Assembly: GCF_039943935.1 (NCBI RefSeq) | Contig: NZ_JBDUZQ010000004.1 | Span: 36,657 to 100,656, forward strand | Direction: 5' to 3' | DNA from: Paraglaciecola sp. | GTDB lineage: Bacteria; Pseudomonadota; Gammaproteobacteria; Enterobacterales; Alteromonadaceae | Length of the DNA: 64,000 nucleotides | Part shown: positions 36,296 to 47,370 of the stretch, one piece after another | Numbering within the stretch: the first letter of the stretch is position 1 | Layout: every line of letters starts with the position of its first letter | Position numbers and translations under genes: made by a program | Notes under the pieces: generated by a model | What the model saw: only the letters and a program-made list of their open reading frames with translations | Told to the model about the DNA's origin: nothing | The model's database searches: none

Positions 36296-38066
36296 ATCAA
36301 AATTTATCGTTCACTATTTGTTGTTAAACAAATTTTCTTATTTGTTTGCGATTGCTTGTATTTTTGTAGTGAATTACTTACAAGTTGAAATTCCGCGCTA
36401 TATCCAACTGGCGGTTGATTTACTTAATAAATCTTCTCTTGTGTCTAAAGAAGAACTATTTGTCAATGTAGAGTGGGTGATTGCTTTGTCGGTGGTTATG
36501 GTGGTGGTGCGTATTTTGTCGCGTATGTACTCTTTAAACCCGGGGCGTATTATTGAGGCAAAGTTAAAAAATGATGTGTTTCATCGTTTAAACCGTTTGC
36601 CTTCAAGTTTTCACGAGAAGTTTGCGTCTGGCAAACTTATATCCATTATCAATAACGACCTAAATGGTATTCGCTTATTTTATGGGGTGGGTTTTTTACA
36701 GCTATTTAATATTTTGTTTGCGCTGTCTCTCACACCGATTTGGATGTGGAAAATATCACCAGAGTTAACCTTGTATTCGGTGATCCCCATTGTGATTGCT
36801 TCTGTTATTTTTCGCATGGGGTTTAGAAAATTGCGGGTTTTACAAACACAGCGATTGACCCGTTTACAAGATTTGTCTGAGCAGTTGATGAATTATTTAT
36901 CGGGCATTGACGTGATCAAAAATCAGCAAATGGGAGAGTGGGCAACAAGCGAGGTAACTAAGGTAAATCGCCGGTTATTAGATTGCACGTTGATGATAGC
37001 TAAGCTTCAAACCATTTATATGCCCATTTTAGATTATGCCAACCATTTTATGAAAGTGCTGATTTTGGGGTTAGGCGGTTACTACCTGTTGCAGGCAGAA
37101 TTGTCGATTGGTGAAATAACCGCATTTTTGTCTTACTCGGTGTTGTTGGCGCTGCCATTGATGCACTTGGGGCGCATTGTCACTGTGTATCAAATGGGCA
37201 TGATCAGTATCGATAGTGTACAGAATGTGCTTAATAACGAGGTGCCAGACACCGATTTATTCAGAATGGACACAGCCGAAAAATCTGCCTTACGCAACTC
37301 CACATTATTGGTGAAAAACCTGAGTTATGGCTATCCAAGTTCAACAGATAAACCCGCCGAGCGGGTGCTAAAAGATCTTAGCTTTTCTATTGCACCGGGC
37401 GAGAAAGTGGGAGTGCTCGGCAGTATTGGCTCGGGTAAAAGTACCTTGGTGAATTGCTTGAATCATCATCTATCGATTGAACGAGGACACATTTTTTGGG
37501 GTGAAAAAGATATAACGCAGCTGTCTCGTCAAGACTGGCGCAGCTACGTGCGAACGATTACCCAAGAGCCTTTTCTGTTTTCTGACACGATTGAGCAAAA
37601 CATTAAGTTTGGCGCTAAACCACAACAGGCAACTGCAGCAGAGCTTGATGTGCAACAAGTACTTGAGCTGAGCCAATTGAGTGAAGATGTGCAGCGTTTT
37701 AGTGCCGCTGAGCAAACGCTGGTGGGTGAAAAAGGCATTATGTTATCGGGTGGGCAAAAACAACGCCTGAGTATTGCCCGAGCGTTGCTCACTCCTAGCG
37801 ACCTCATCATCATGGACAATGTGCTGTCGGCTGTCGATTACGAAACCGAGCGAAGTATTCTCAAAGGGGTATTTAATCGTATTCAAGGACAAAGTTTGTT
37901 GGTGGTGTCTCATCGGGTTAGCGCGCTAGAGTACATGGATAACATTTTGGTATTGCAACACGGTGAGATCATCGCCCGAGGCACTCATGCCCAGCTGTTA
38001 GAGTCATCTAATTATTACCGCGAAACGTGGGAACTACAGCAACATGAAACGGAGGACGCCCTATGA
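36288..38066 (+). CDS. ABC exporter, fused permease/ATPase (MdlA-like, degenerate site)
   Basis: Six TM helices, GSIGSGKST, LSGGQ, Walker B IIMDN lacking the catalytic E. Start set at ATG 36288 (ORF track starts at 36246). Confidence 0.9.
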   Translation: MTKSKFIVHYLLLNKFSYLFAIACIFVVNYLQVEIPRYIQLAVDLLNKSSLVSKEELFVNVEWVIALSVVMVVVRILSRMYSLNPGRIIEAKLKNDVFHRLNRLPSSFHEKFASGKLISIINNDLNGIRLFYGVGFLQLFNILFALSLTPIWMWKISPELTLYSVIPIVIASVIFRMGFRKLRVLQTQRLTRLQDLSEQLMNYLSGIDVIKNQQMGEWATSEVTKVNRRLLDCTLMIAKLQTIYMPILDYANHFMKVLILGLGGYYLLQAELSIGEITAFLSYSVLLALPLMHLGRIVTVYQMGMISIDSVQNVLNNEVPDTDLFRMDTAEKSALRNSTLLVKNLSYGYPSSTDKPAERVLKDLSFSIAPGEKVGVLGSIGSGKSTLVNCLNHHLSIERGHIFWGEKDITQLSRQDWRSYVRTITQEPFLFSDTIEQNIKFGAKPQQATAAELDVQQVLELSQLSEDVQRFSAAEQTLVGEKGIMLSGGQKQRLSIARALLTPSDLIIMDNVLSAVDYETERSILKGVFNRIQGQSLLVVSHRVSALEYMDNILVLQHGEIIARGTHAQLLESSNYYRETWELQQHETEDAL

Positions 38067-39853
38067 TTGCATCACCAGACCTTCAGTATCTAAAACATTT
38101 TTATCATTACGCTTCGCGCTATAAAAAAACCGCAGTGATAGGGTTATTGATGATGCCAATATCGGTTGCCGCCAATTTGTTGTTTCCTTGGTTGATTATT
38201 CAAGTGATTGATGAGCACCTTACCCCGGGTAAATACACTGGGTTGGTATTTTTGATTGTGATTATGCTGGTGGTGTTAATTGTTAACTATATCGCCGATG
38301 CCCTTTATACCTATTGCTTACGCAAGACGGGGCAAAAAGCGGTTTTTGATATTCGTATGGCCTTGTTTGCGCGTATTTTAAAACTCCCCAGAAGCTATTT
38401 TGATAAAACCCCTACGGGTGTCACTTTGTCACGATTAACGAGCGATCTTGAAGCCATTGGAGAGTCGTTTGTTGTGGGCGCGTTGAGCTTGATAAAAGAC
38501 TCCATCAATACCTTGGCGGTACTGGCGTTTATGTTTTTCATTAACTGGCAATTGGCGTTGTTGGTGTTGCTGGTGTTTCCTCCGGTGCTGCTGCTAACTC
38601 AGTATGTACGTAATCGCCTGCGTGCAATGTATACCATTACTCGCTCGTCTTTGGCTAAAGGTACGGGGTATTTGCAAGAGTGTTTGTTAGGTGTAAAAAC
38701 GGTTCAGCTATATGGTGCAGTAGAAGAAGCAGAGGCTAAGTATCACGGTTATACAGAGGACTTCTTGCGTGCTCAATTAAAAACCAATAAATACGATGCT
38801 AGCTTGTTCTCGATAATAACAGGGATAACCAGCATCACCATTGGCCTGATGATTTGGTATGGCTCTGCTAAAGTGCTTGATGGGGTTGTGAGCCTTGGTG
38901 TGTTGATTGCCTTCATCAATACCCTTGAAAAAGTATTTGTGCCGCTACGAGATTTTACCTCGCAGATAGCCGCCATTCAGCGTTCTTTTGCTGCTTTTGA
39001 GCACATAGAAGAGCTGTTTATAGAAAACCTTGAAGAAGAGGGCAAAACACTATTAACAGCAGAAACGCTGTCCGACAAGCTAGCCAATTTTGACTCTCTA
39101 GAATTTAAAAATGTGCGGTTTCGTTATGGTAGTACTGGCCCTTATGTGCTGAATGATGTGTCTTTTAGCCTCAACAAAGGCGAGCAATTAGCCTTGGTAG
39201 GCACGACTGGCTCGGGTAAATCAACCATCATTCGCATTATGAATAAAACGTACATGGACTACGAAGGTAGTATTTTGCTCAACGGTATTGAGTTGTCGAG
39301 TATTCCTAAAAATTCAATGCTGCATTTGTTTTCGTTGATGCAGCAAGATGTGTTTTTGTTTGAGGAGGATATTGATTTTAATATCTCTTTGGGTGACAGC
39401 AAAATCAGTAAACAGACTGTGATAGACGCGGCTCAATATGTGTATGCCCACGACTTTATATTAGGGCTGCCAAATCAGTACCGATTTAAATTGCAAAAAA
39501 ATGGTAGTAATGTATCCGCAGGTCAGGCTCAGTTAATTTCTTTTGCCCGCGCCGTAGCACAAGGCGGGCAGGTGATGATGTTAGATGAGGCTACCAGTTC
39601 AGTAGACTCTATCACCGAAAATCTAATACAAAAGGCCATTAGCCGTTTGTTTGCAGAAAAAACCGTGATTGCCATTGCTCATCGCCTAAGTACCATTCGT
39701 CACTCAGACTTAATACTCGTGCTTCACCAAGGTAAAATTGTAGAGCGGGGTAACCACCACGATCTGCTCGCAATAAAGGGTGTTTATGCTAGCTTATTGA
39801 CCGATGACGCTAATATCGAAGATGATGAAGGCATAATACCTACACCTGTGTGA
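38063..39853 (+). CDS. ABC exporter, fused permease/ATPase (MdlB-like)
   Basis: GTTGSGKST, VSAGQ, LDEATS and AHRLST; 4-bp overlap with its partner. Confidence 0.92.
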   Translation: MIASPDLQYLKHFYHYASRYKKTAVIGLLMMPISVAANLLFPWLIIQVIDEHLTPGKYTGLVFLIVIMLVVLIVNYIADALYTYCLRKTGQKAVFDIRMALFARILKLPRSYFDKTPTGVTLSRLTSDLEAIGESFVVGALSLIKDSINTLAVLAFMFFINWQLALLVLLVFPPVLLLTQYVRNRLRAMYTITRSSLAKGTGYLQECLLGVKTVQLYGAVEEAEAKYHGYTEDFLRAQLKTNKYDASLFSIITGITSITIGLMIWYGSAKVLDGVVSLGVLIAFINTLEKVFVPLRDFTSQIAAIQRSFAAFEHIEELFIENLEEEGKTLLTAETLSDKLANFDSLEFKNVRFRYGSTGPYVLNDVSFSLNKGEQLALVGTTGSGKSTIIRIMNKTYMDYEGSILLNGIELSSIPKNSMLHLFSLMQQDVFLFEEDIDFNISLGDSKISKQTVIDAAQYVYAHDFILGLPNQYRFKLQKNGSNVSAGQAQLISFARAVAQGGQVMMLDEATSSVDSITENLIQKAISRLFAEKTVIAIAHRLSTIRHSDLILVLHQGKIVERGNHHDLLAIKGVYASLLTDDANIEDDEGIIPTPV

Positions 39854-39900
39854 TGTTCGCACAGTAGGTATTTTACGTGCACGAACTATTACAGCCTAGA

Positions 39901-41355
39901 TTAAGGTCTATATACCTGTACGTGCTTATAGCCTTGTTCATGCAGTAATAAGGCTTGTAACTGGCTCATCACGCCCCGGTCACAGTATAAAAAGTAAGTT
40001 TGTTGTTGTGGTAACTCAGCAAACTGCGAGGCTAGCTTAAAAAACGGTATGTGTTTTACAGTGACGTTTGGCAGCAATAATGGCGAGTGCTCTTGCTCTT
40101 CTGATGAGCGAATATCTAGCACAACTGCATTTTCTGGAAGTACATCAACTTTGGTTACAATTTCTGTTTCTTGGTGGGCTTCTTCGGCTATTGATACGAT
40201 ATCTTGCACTTTTGCATCTGCCACTACTCGTTCAATTATGTCGAGGTGTAGTTTGTTTTCTTCAGCTGCGATTTTAGTAGAGTCGGCTTTGGTCGTTGGT
40301 TTGCGAGAAATCACTCCGCAGTATTCTGGCATCACTTTGGCAAAGTTTTCGGTGCCTATATGCTTGGCCTGATCGATAATTTCTAGTTTATCCATACAAA
40401 TCAACGGGCGAAGAATAAGGGTGTCTGTCGCTTGGTCGATGACGCTTAGATTTACCAATGTTTGGCTAGAAACCTGACCTAAACTTTCGCCTGTTACCAA
40501 AGCACTGACTTTCATCTTTGCAGCGACCTTACTGGCGGCTCTAACCATCATACGTTTTAGTACAACACCCATTTGACCGTTCTCGACGTTTTCGAGAATA
40601 TCAGAAACGACAGGTTCAAAATCAACGGTAACAAATTTTACTCTATGTGATTCGCTGTAACGTTTCCATAGATAGTAGCTGACTTGTTTTACGCCAATTT
40701 CGTGTTCGCGGCCGCCTAAATTGAAAAAACAAAAATGGGTGCGAGCGCCTCGTCGTATCATTTGATAAGTGGCCACTCCTGAGTCATAGCCACCCGATAT
40801 CAGTGACAACACACTTTCTTGAGTAGGTAAGGGCATGCCACCTAAACATTTAATGCGGTGATGGCTTTGAATCAAGGTGTTGTCGTTTACTTCAAACTCA
40901 ATGGTTAGGTCGGGGTGTTTAAGCTCTACACCTTTGGTATTACAATTTTGGTTAAGGTAACCGCCTACGTAGCGTGCAATGTCTAATGATGAAAACTCAT
41001 GTTTACCTCGTCGTCTTACTCGTACTACAAAGCTCTTATTTACTAGTAAAGGTTGCCAAGCTTGCTTAACTTGTTGGCATATGTCGTCTAAATCGGTAAA
41101 CGTGCTTTTTTCTACACGTATAATTTGGTCTATACCGGGTATACGTTGTAGCAGTTCAATAACATCATTAACTTTATCTAGAGATTTTTTATTCACGATT
41201 AATGTGAATTTATCCCATGATGCACGCACCTCAACAGATAGGTGATTACTTTTAAAAACGCGACGTATATTCCCCTCTAATAAAAACGTAAATCGTTTCC
41301 GTACTTGGCGGCTTTTAATGATGATTTCGGGGTGTAATCTGATAATAAACTGCAT
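39901..41355 (-). CDS. thiI: tRNA 4-thiouridine synthase ThiI
   Basis: THUMP domain, PP-loop SGGYDS, TGESLGQVSSQT, PEYCG and C-terminal rhodanese YCDRG. Confidence 0.97.
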   Translation of the reverse strand: MQFIIRLHPEIIIKSRQVRKRFTFLLEGNIRRVFKSNHLSVEVRASWDKFTLIVNKKSLDKVNDVIELLQRIPGIDQIIRVEKSTFTDLDDICQQVKQAWQPLLVNKSFVVRVRRRGKHEFSSLDIARYVGGYLNQNCNTKGVELKHPDLTIEFEVNDNTLIQSHHRIKCLGGMPLPTQESVLSLISGGYDSGVATYQMIRRGARTHFCFFNLGGREHEIGVKQVSYYLWKRYSESHRVKFVTVDFEPVVSDILENVENGQMGVVLKRMMVRAASKVAAKMKVSALVTGESLGQVSSQTLVNLSVIDQATDTLILRPLICMDKLEIIDQAKHIGTENFAKVMPEYCGVISRKPTTKADSTKIAAEENKLHLDIIERVVADAKVQDIVSIAEEAHQETEIVTKVDVLPENAVVLDIRSSEEQEHSPLLLPNVTVKHIPFFKLASQFAELPQQQTYFLYCDRGVMSQLQALLLHEQGYKHVQVYRP

Positions 41356-41519
41356 AAAGAAGGCGTAGGCTTTTTACTAAATAGGGTCGAGGCGCGGATT
41401 ATAACCACACATACTGCCATTGCAACTCGCAGTATGTGTTTACAGGCTCTAAGCCTTTAAATATGGGTATAGATGATTACCTTTGGTGTAACATTTTTGA
41501 TTGCTATCCATTCCTTTCG

Positions 41520-41978
41520 TTAGCAACTCGAATAAGTGATTGCTTCATTAACTAGCACATACTTTGTCGTTTCAAACTTTATCACTTTTGTGGAGTTAGT
41601 CAGTGCTAGGGTGACAGCACACCCGGTACCAGGGAATTGGTAGGTAATATTTGCCAGTATGTAGTCATCATTTTCAGATACGGTAATACTTATGCCATAG
41701 CCACCAGAGGTTTGGGGGCCCATATCAACCAATAAAATTGACTCGCTTTCAAAGTCGATACTTTTAGCTTTATCAGAGGTGCGTTTTAATAGTTCGGCTT
41801 CATAATCACTTTGAGAGCGTATCAGCAAGGTGCTTTTGTTGGTTATATTTGCATACTCATTGTATTCAATATCGTGTAGAACTTGATATCCCATTTGCGG
41901 GACGGGAGAGGTTGCTTCCGCATCACTACAGCTTTGTAGTGGTAACAAAAAAGGAAGTAATAAAAGTAGCTTGTTCAC
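41520..41978 (-). CDS. Lipoprotein with PrcB C-terminal-like domain
   Basis: Lipobox LQSC; IDFE...VDMGPQTSGGYGI...CAVTLALT. Confidence 0.7.
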   Translation of the reverse strand: MNKLLLLLPFLLPLQSCSDAEATSPVPQMGYQVLHDIEYNEYANITNKSTLLIRSQSDYEAELLKRTSDKAKSIDFESESILLVDMGPQTSGGYGISITVSENDDYILANITYQFPGTGCAVTLALTNSTKVIKFETTKYVLVNEAITYSSC

Positions 41979-42203
41979 TGATTTTCCTTAAACACATTGC
42001 AGTGTGTTGAACTTACCTGATGCGTATTAGTTTGGGTAGTATTTTTATGCTAATTCAGTCAAGCACTAAATATTTCTTATTTTTTGTGATTTTTTTAAAG
42101 GTGCTGCGAATCATTACAGTGACACTGAAATTGGAAGCCGTTATGGACATTTTAACCAAACTACAGAAACCGAGAGCCAAGGTATGGAAAAGAGTAAAGC
42201 AAA

Positions 42204-42710
42204 GTGACCTCACATAATCAATCACTAAGCTTTGAAGCAATGATCGCTACTCATAAAGGTATTCTTTACAAGATTGCCCGAAGCTACAGCTATTGTGATG
42301 AAGAAAGGCGAGATTTGATTCAAGAGATTACATTGCAGTTGTGGCGTTCGTTTACTCAATATGACCCCAAATTTAAGTTGAGCACTTGGGTGTATCGTGT
42401 GGCTTTAAACACCGCTATATCTTTTTTAAGGCGAGATACTCTAAGAAAAGCGCATATTGAGTTAACGGATATGAGTTTGTTAACTGAGCCAGTTGATAGC
42501 ACCAATACTGAGTTAATGCTTGAAATACAAAGGTTACTAAAGTTACTGGATAAGTACGATAGAGCCTTATTTATCATGCATTTAGATGGTTTAGATTATG
42601 CCCAAATAGCAGATGTATTAGATATTTCGGCAAGTAATGTAAGTACAAAAATTTCACGCATTAAACAGCGTTTAAACACACTTTTTATCGGAGATGATAA
42701 TAATGGATAA
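42204..42710 (+). CDS. ECF RNA polymerase sigma factor
   Basis: DLIQEITLQLW, STWVYRVALNTA and YAQIADVLDIS. Confidence 0.92.
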   Translation: MTSHNQSLSFEAMIATHKGILYKIARSYSYCDEERRDLIQEITLQLWRSFTQYDPKFKLSTWVYRVALNTAISFLRRDTLRKAHIELTDMSLLTEPVDSTNTELMLEIQRLLKLLDKYDRALFIMHLDGLDYAQIADVLDISASNVSTKISRIKQRLNTLFIGDDNNG

Positions 42711-43362
42711 CATAGAGAAAATGACCCAAGCATGGGCACAGCAAAATGAAAAACTCGATCAAAGTATTACGGTAAGTTCAGAGGCGTTGAAGCAGGTAGC
42801 TTTGCTCAAGGCTGAAAAAACAATGGGTAATTTTTTGATGGTTAACACCTTTACAGTTGTTGTGGGGATTTTAATGAGTAGTTTTATGTTGCACTTTATT
42901 GTGACCAACATGAGCAACGTCAATATGCTACTGGCGGGCGCCGCCATTTTAAGTTGGTCAGGCTTAATCACGCTGGGAGGGATAAGGCATTTGTATATGC
43001 AGTTGACGTTAGATTATTCAAAACCAGTCATAGAAGTGCAGCGAGACCTTACAAAAATAGGCTTGTCTGTACTGTATTATTTAAGGGTGTCTTTGATGAT
43101 TTTACCGTTTTATTTTGCTTATATTGTTGTGGGGTTTGAACTGTTCTTTGGCATAGATATTGTGCAGCATGGCGATACGTATTGGTTAATGTCACAAGCA
43201 GTATGCTCTGTTTTATTTGCAGCCTTGGCAATTTATTTATTTAAGCAACTTTCGCCCAATAATATTGATAAACCAGTCACTAAGGTCCTGTTAAGAGGGT
43301 GTGGTAATCAAGCATGGCGGGCAGCGCAGGAGCTAAATGAACTTCAGCGATATGCACTATAA
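42694..43362 (+). CDS. Multi-TM membrane protein, probable cognate anti-sigma factor
   Basis: Overlaps the sigma gene; cytoplasmic N-terminus (MTQAW) followed by four TM helices. Confidence 0.65.
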   Translation: MIIMDNIEKMTQAWAQQNEKLDQSITVSSEALKQVALLKAEKTMGNFLMVNTFTVVVGILMSSFMLHFIVTNMSNVNMLLAGAAILSWSGLITLGGIRHLYMQLTLDYSKPVIEVQRDLTKIGLSVLYYLRVSLMILPFYFAYIVVGFELFFGIDIVQHGDTYWLMSQAVCSVLFAALAIYLFKQLSPNNIDKPVTKVLLRGCGNQAWRAAQELNELQRYAL

Positions 43363-43368
43363 GCGAGG

Positions 43369-43402
43369 TAAACACACTTCAACCTTGGTTGAGGTGTGTT
43401 TA
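43369..43402. terminator. Strong hairpin / terminator
   Basis: taaacacacttcaacc / ggttgaggtgtgttta dyad after the stop codon. Confidence 0.65.
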
Positions 43403-43508
43403 ATATTAACCGCTGTGGGCAGCTTTGTGGCTGGGTAAAAATTAAAAACTCAGGCATAATTACCTTGGTAGTGTTTAATGGTGCATTGGCAAGGTGAAAT
43501 AAATATTA

Positions 43509-44882
43509 GTGGATAAAATTAAGCTTACACAAGATGAAAACCTCTCTATAAACGTTAGTTATCCATTGTTGCCTAGTGATAAGCAAAGGCTCGATTTATA
43601 CTTCTCTTTACCAGATGAAATGGGGATAAATTCAAAAAACCTGACTGAAGAGCATTATTTTCATAGCAGCATTCAAAGTCAAAGTGCTTATTATTCTGAC
43701 CAATTGCATTTACCCCTAGTACGCAGTCGTTTTATTAGTCAGAAAAAAGGAGAGCAAAGCGATTACCGCTTAAACTTAAATTTGTTCTCTTATCAAATTC
43801 GTATAGCACTGAATGTCGATATGAAACAAACCCTCAAGCTTAAAAAATCTGAAGAGTTTTATCCTCGGGCCATCGAGTTAGCAGAGCAAATATCCGGATT
43901 ATTGAAAAAGTTAAGACGATACACCCCCCCCGATAAAAAGCTTAAAGCGTATTTTGAGAATGCTGACAATTACTTAAGTTGGCAGGTAGAACAATCATTT
44001 TTAAAACTGCTATCAAGGGCTCCTAAAAGCAGTGATTACGCAAGTGAGCAAAACTTTTTAGTTGAGTTATGTCGTAGAGAAAATAAGTATAGAACAGTGA
44101 GTCAGTATAACTCAGAAGTGACGTTGGCTGATCCTAATCGTATCACTAATAAGATGCGCTTATTACAGCGGCTTATCGAGTATGGTGTAGTTTTCAATAA
44201 AGATTTTAAGAACTTAAATACTAATTTAAATCGCATGGTTAAAGGTATGGTTACAGCGGTTATCATGTCGTTTGTGATGATGTTGGTGTTAAATGCCCGT
44301 ACAAATTTCACAGAGGTAACCATTGCTTTAGTTGGAATGTTGGGGATAATTTACGGGCTTCGAGAAATCTTTAAAGACGACTTAACCCGTATGATATGGC
44401 GTCGTATCCAAAAAGGTCTTCCCAAATGGCGTATTATTTATAGTCACTCTGTTAATAAAACCCGTGTGTCAAGCCAAACGATATGGTTGGAATACATTCG
44501 TAATAATGATCTTCCGCCTCAAGTAGACAAACAATTTCAAGCTAGGCGTCAGCAAAACAAGCAATCTGCCCAACTGCTGCACTTTAGAAGTGATGTTAAG
44601 GTTACGGCTAAAAACTTCTTGCCCGGATATGAAACCATACAGCAAAGGATCAATTTTAATTTAACGCCATTTGTTCGATTTTTAAGAAAAGGGGAAGGCC
44701 GTTTGTATTCCCTTGATGGTAATAAGATTTCTAAGCAAGCCGTCGAGCGTCGTTATCAAATTAATATGGTATTAACTCACACTGATAAAAGCCAGCAAAC
44801 ACAGATTCAGCGTTTTAAAATCACACTAAATCGCTCCAATATTATTAACATTGAAGCGCTGGAGTCTACAGAGGCTAACTAG
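43509..44882 (+). CDS. Conserved hypothetical protein with two central TM helices
   Basis: 457-aa ORF, RBS aggtga, normal codon style; no family recognised. Confidence 0.7.
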   Translation: MDKIKLTQDENLSINVSYPLLPSDKQRLDLYFSLPDEMGINSKNLTEEHYFHSSIQSQSAYYSDQLHLPLVRSRFISQKKGEQSDYRLNLNLFSYQIRIALNVDMKQTLKLKKSEEFYPRAIELAEQISGLLKKLRRYTPPDKKLKAYFENADNYLSWQVEQSFLKLLSRAPKSSDYASEQNFLVELCRRENKYRTVSQYNSEVTLADPNRITNKMRLLQRLIEYGVVFNKDFKNLNTNLNRMVKGMVTAVIMSFVMMLVLNARTNFTEVTIALVGMLGIIYGLREIFKDDLTRMIWRRIQKGLPKWRIIYSHSVNKTRVSSQTIWLEYIRNNDLPPQVDKQFQARRQQNKQSAQLLHFRSDVKVTAKNFLPGYETIQQRINFNLTPFVRFLRKGEGRLYSLDGNKISKQAVERRYQINMVLTHTDKSQQTQIQRFKITLNRSNIINIEALESTEAN

Positions 44883-44903
44883 GTAACATTGAGGCGATAT
44901 AGG

Positions 44904-45881
44904 TTATTCATCAGAATGTTCTTTGTCGCACATGGCTGGGTTTTGCTGACATAAGCTATCCATCACTTGTTTGGTCTCTACCTTTACATTATGACTGATG
45001 ATCCGTTTGATATGCTCCCGTAGCCAGGTTAGTCCTTGATCGCTATCCTGTCGTTTATGCCAAATACTAGAGATTTGCTGTGGCATCAACTCTATAGGGA
45101 GTTTAGTGGCCGATATATCACCATTGATAATGTCGGTAGCGACAGCAGATGTAGGAGTTACACATATTAAATCACTGCGTTTAACTAGGTTTGCAACACA
45201 TGAAAAATGGTTAACAGTCACTGCTATACGTCTAGACAGGCCGTATTGTAACAACATCTGGTCGGTGTAGCCCGTCACGTCACCTGACAGTGAGACTAAT
45301 AAATGGTCTGCTGCAGCAAACTCTTCTAACTTAAGGTCCGCTTTTGCCAGTGGGTGTTCATGATTCATAACGCAAATGAAAGTAGGTGAAAACAGATACT
45401 CTGTTCTAAAGGTGTTTGAAATGGCGCCTGAGGTGCCAATTACCATGTCTACTTCAGCATCTTCAAGTATTTGATGTGTATTGACTATGGTGTAAGGCAC
45501 TGCATGAATATTAACGCCCGGTGCTTCTTTTTCAATTGCACAGCGTAGCTCAGCCCACGCCATATCTACGAATATGTCAGTGACAGCGACTCTAAATGTG
45601 CGTTTTGCTGTAGCGGGGTCAAATGCCTTAGGATCAACAGCTTCAGTTAATAACGTGAGTGGTTCACGCACTTGATTCCACAAGTTTTGTGCATGTAGGG
45701 TTGGCTGAATATTGCGCCCGTCTTTTACAAATAATTCATCTTTCCAAGCCACGCGCATTCTACTCACTGCGTTAGATACTGCTGGTTGTGTCATGGCTAA
45801 GCGATTTGCTGCACGGGTAATAGAGCGTTCGGTCATGATGGCGTCAAATACCATCAATAGATTGAGTTCTTGTGGGCGCAT
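44904..45881 (-). CDS. LysR family regulator
   Basis: LNLLMVFDAIMTERSITRAANRLAMTQPAVSNA. Start set at MRPQ; the ORF track extends to 45920. Confidence 0.92.
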   Translation of the reverse strand: MRPQELNLLMVFDAIMTERSITRAANRLAMTQPAVSNAVSRMRVAWKDELFVKDGRNIQPTLHAQNLWNQVREPLTLLTEAVDPKAFDPATAKRTFRVAVTDIFVDMAWAELRCAIEKEAPGVNIHAVPYTIVNTHQILEDAEVDMVIGTSGAISNTFRTEYLFSPTFICVMNHEHPLAKADLKLEEFAAADHLLVSLSGDVTGYTDQMLLQYGLSRRIAVTVNHFSCVANLVKRSDLICVTPTSAVATDIINGDISATKLPIELMPQQISSIWHKRQDSDQGLTWLREHIKRIISHNVKVETKQVMDSLCQQNPAMCDKEHSDE

Positions 45882-46018
45882 AGTTTTTATCCAAATAATT
45901 GTATTGCTACAATACATCACAAAATAAAATGTGTCACATATAAATATATAATTATATTTATGTTTCTTGCCCCTTCATAATCACCGCCATCAATTATTAC
46001 AGACTTGAAGAGGTAAAA

Positions 46019-46573
46019 ATGAATATTAAAAAAAATATAGCAATATTGTTTTTGCTAAGTGTTAGCACGCTATTTTCAAGCCAAAATTTATACGCTAGTG
46101 AACAAGCAGTCGCCATTGATTATTTACATGGTGAACAAGAGTTAAGTGGCATTCGTTTGGCTTATCGCCCTTATCAAACTCAAGTAACAGAGTTTGAGTG
46201 GTTAGGTGATTTAGACGTGTATTGGGAAGTGAGTTTGAACTTTTGGGAATTTGGAAAAGAAAATAAGCATGAAACAAATTATGCCTTAGCCCTGTCTCCT
46301 GTGTTCTCAAAGCAATTCGATACTTTATATGGCAAGTATCCACTCAAATGGGAGTTTGGAATTGGTGTGTCTTTAATTACAGATACCCGCTTTGCCGGTA
46401 AAAACGTTGGTTCGCATTACCAGTTTGAAGACCGGTTAGGTGTCATTATGGAATTTGGTGAGCAACTTAAAAGTTCGGTGGCAATACGCTATATGCATTA
46501 CTCAAATGGTGGGTTAAACGACCATAACCCAGGGTTAGACTTTTTAAATGTTTCATACGCTAGGCGTCTTTAA
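46019..46573 (+). CDS. PagL-like lipid A deacylase / acyloxyacyl hydrolase beta-barrel
   Basis: Signal peptide; FEDRLG and HYSNGG...NPGLDF PagL catalytic region. Confidence 0.85.
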   Translation: MNIKKNIAILFLLSVSTLFSSQNLYASEQAVAIDYLHGEQELSGIRLAYRPYQTQVTEFEWLGDLDVYWEVSLNFWEFGKENKHETNYALALSPVFSKQFDTLYGKYPLKWEFGIGVSLITDTRFAGKNVGSHYQFEDRLGVIMEFGEQLKSSVAIRYMHYSNGGLNDHNPGLDFLNVSYARRL

Positions 46574-46642
46574 TCCCTAGTTAACTATGATTTTTTTGTT
46601 TTATTTTAATTATTAATTTTAAGCTCAGAGGAGCGCACATCC

Positions 46643-47299
46643 ATGAACACACCGTTTTTTAAAATCATAAAGAATGTGAGCCAAATTACGCTCTTTCTTG
46701 TGACTACATTTGTCGCCAGTGCAAGTGCAGGTGAGCAAAAAGATCCACAGTTACTATTAGAGAAAGTCACTAATACAACCTTTAGTAGAATTGAACAAGA
46801 ACAGCAAATTATTCAATCAAACCCTGACCATTTACGGGTCATTATCGAACAAGAGCTAATGCCTCATATTGATTACAAATTTGCTGCGTTTAAAGTACTA
46901 GGTAAACATTTTAGGTCAGTACCTAAAGCGCGAATCCCAGAGTTTGTGGAAGAATTTAGACAGTATTTAATCTCTAACTTTGCGGTAGCTTTGGCAAGTT
47001 ATGGTGGCCAAGAGTTAATATTTGAGCCGGTTAAATATGATGACAGCGCAAAAAGTATGACAGTAAAAGCCATTATAAGAGAAGCGTCGCGTCCTGATAT
47101 TCACATTAACTTTAAGTTACGTAAAAATAAGAAAACCCAAGAATGGAAAACCTACGACTTAGTTGCCGAAGGCATTAGCTTGTTATCTAGCAAACAAAGT
47201 GAATTTGCACCAATGATCCGCCAAGACGGTATTCAAGCGGTAATTGATGTAATGAAACAACAAAACAGTGAGCCGTTGACGGTTGCGGTTAACCGCTAA
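46643..47299 (+). CDS. mlaC: Phospholipid-binding periplasmic protein MlaC/Ttg2D
   Basis: LMPHID, VLGKH, YDLVAEGISLL and DGIQAVI. Confidence 0.85.
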   Translation: MNTPFFKIIKNVSQITLFLVTTFVASASAGEQKDPQLLLEKVTNTTFSRIEQEQQIIQSNPDHLRVIIEQELMPHIDYKFAAFKVLGKHFRSVPKARIPEFVEEFRQYLISNFAVALASYGGQELIFEPVKYDDSAKSMTVKAIIREASRPDIHINFKLRKNKKTQEWKTYDLVAEGISLLSSKQSEFAPMIRQDGIQAVIDVMKQQNSEPLTVAVNR

Positions 47300-47370
47300 T
47301 TGCAGCGAGTAGTTCTACGACTCACTATGTTGAAACGGGTTGTGCTTGATAAGCGTAACCCGGTTAAGGA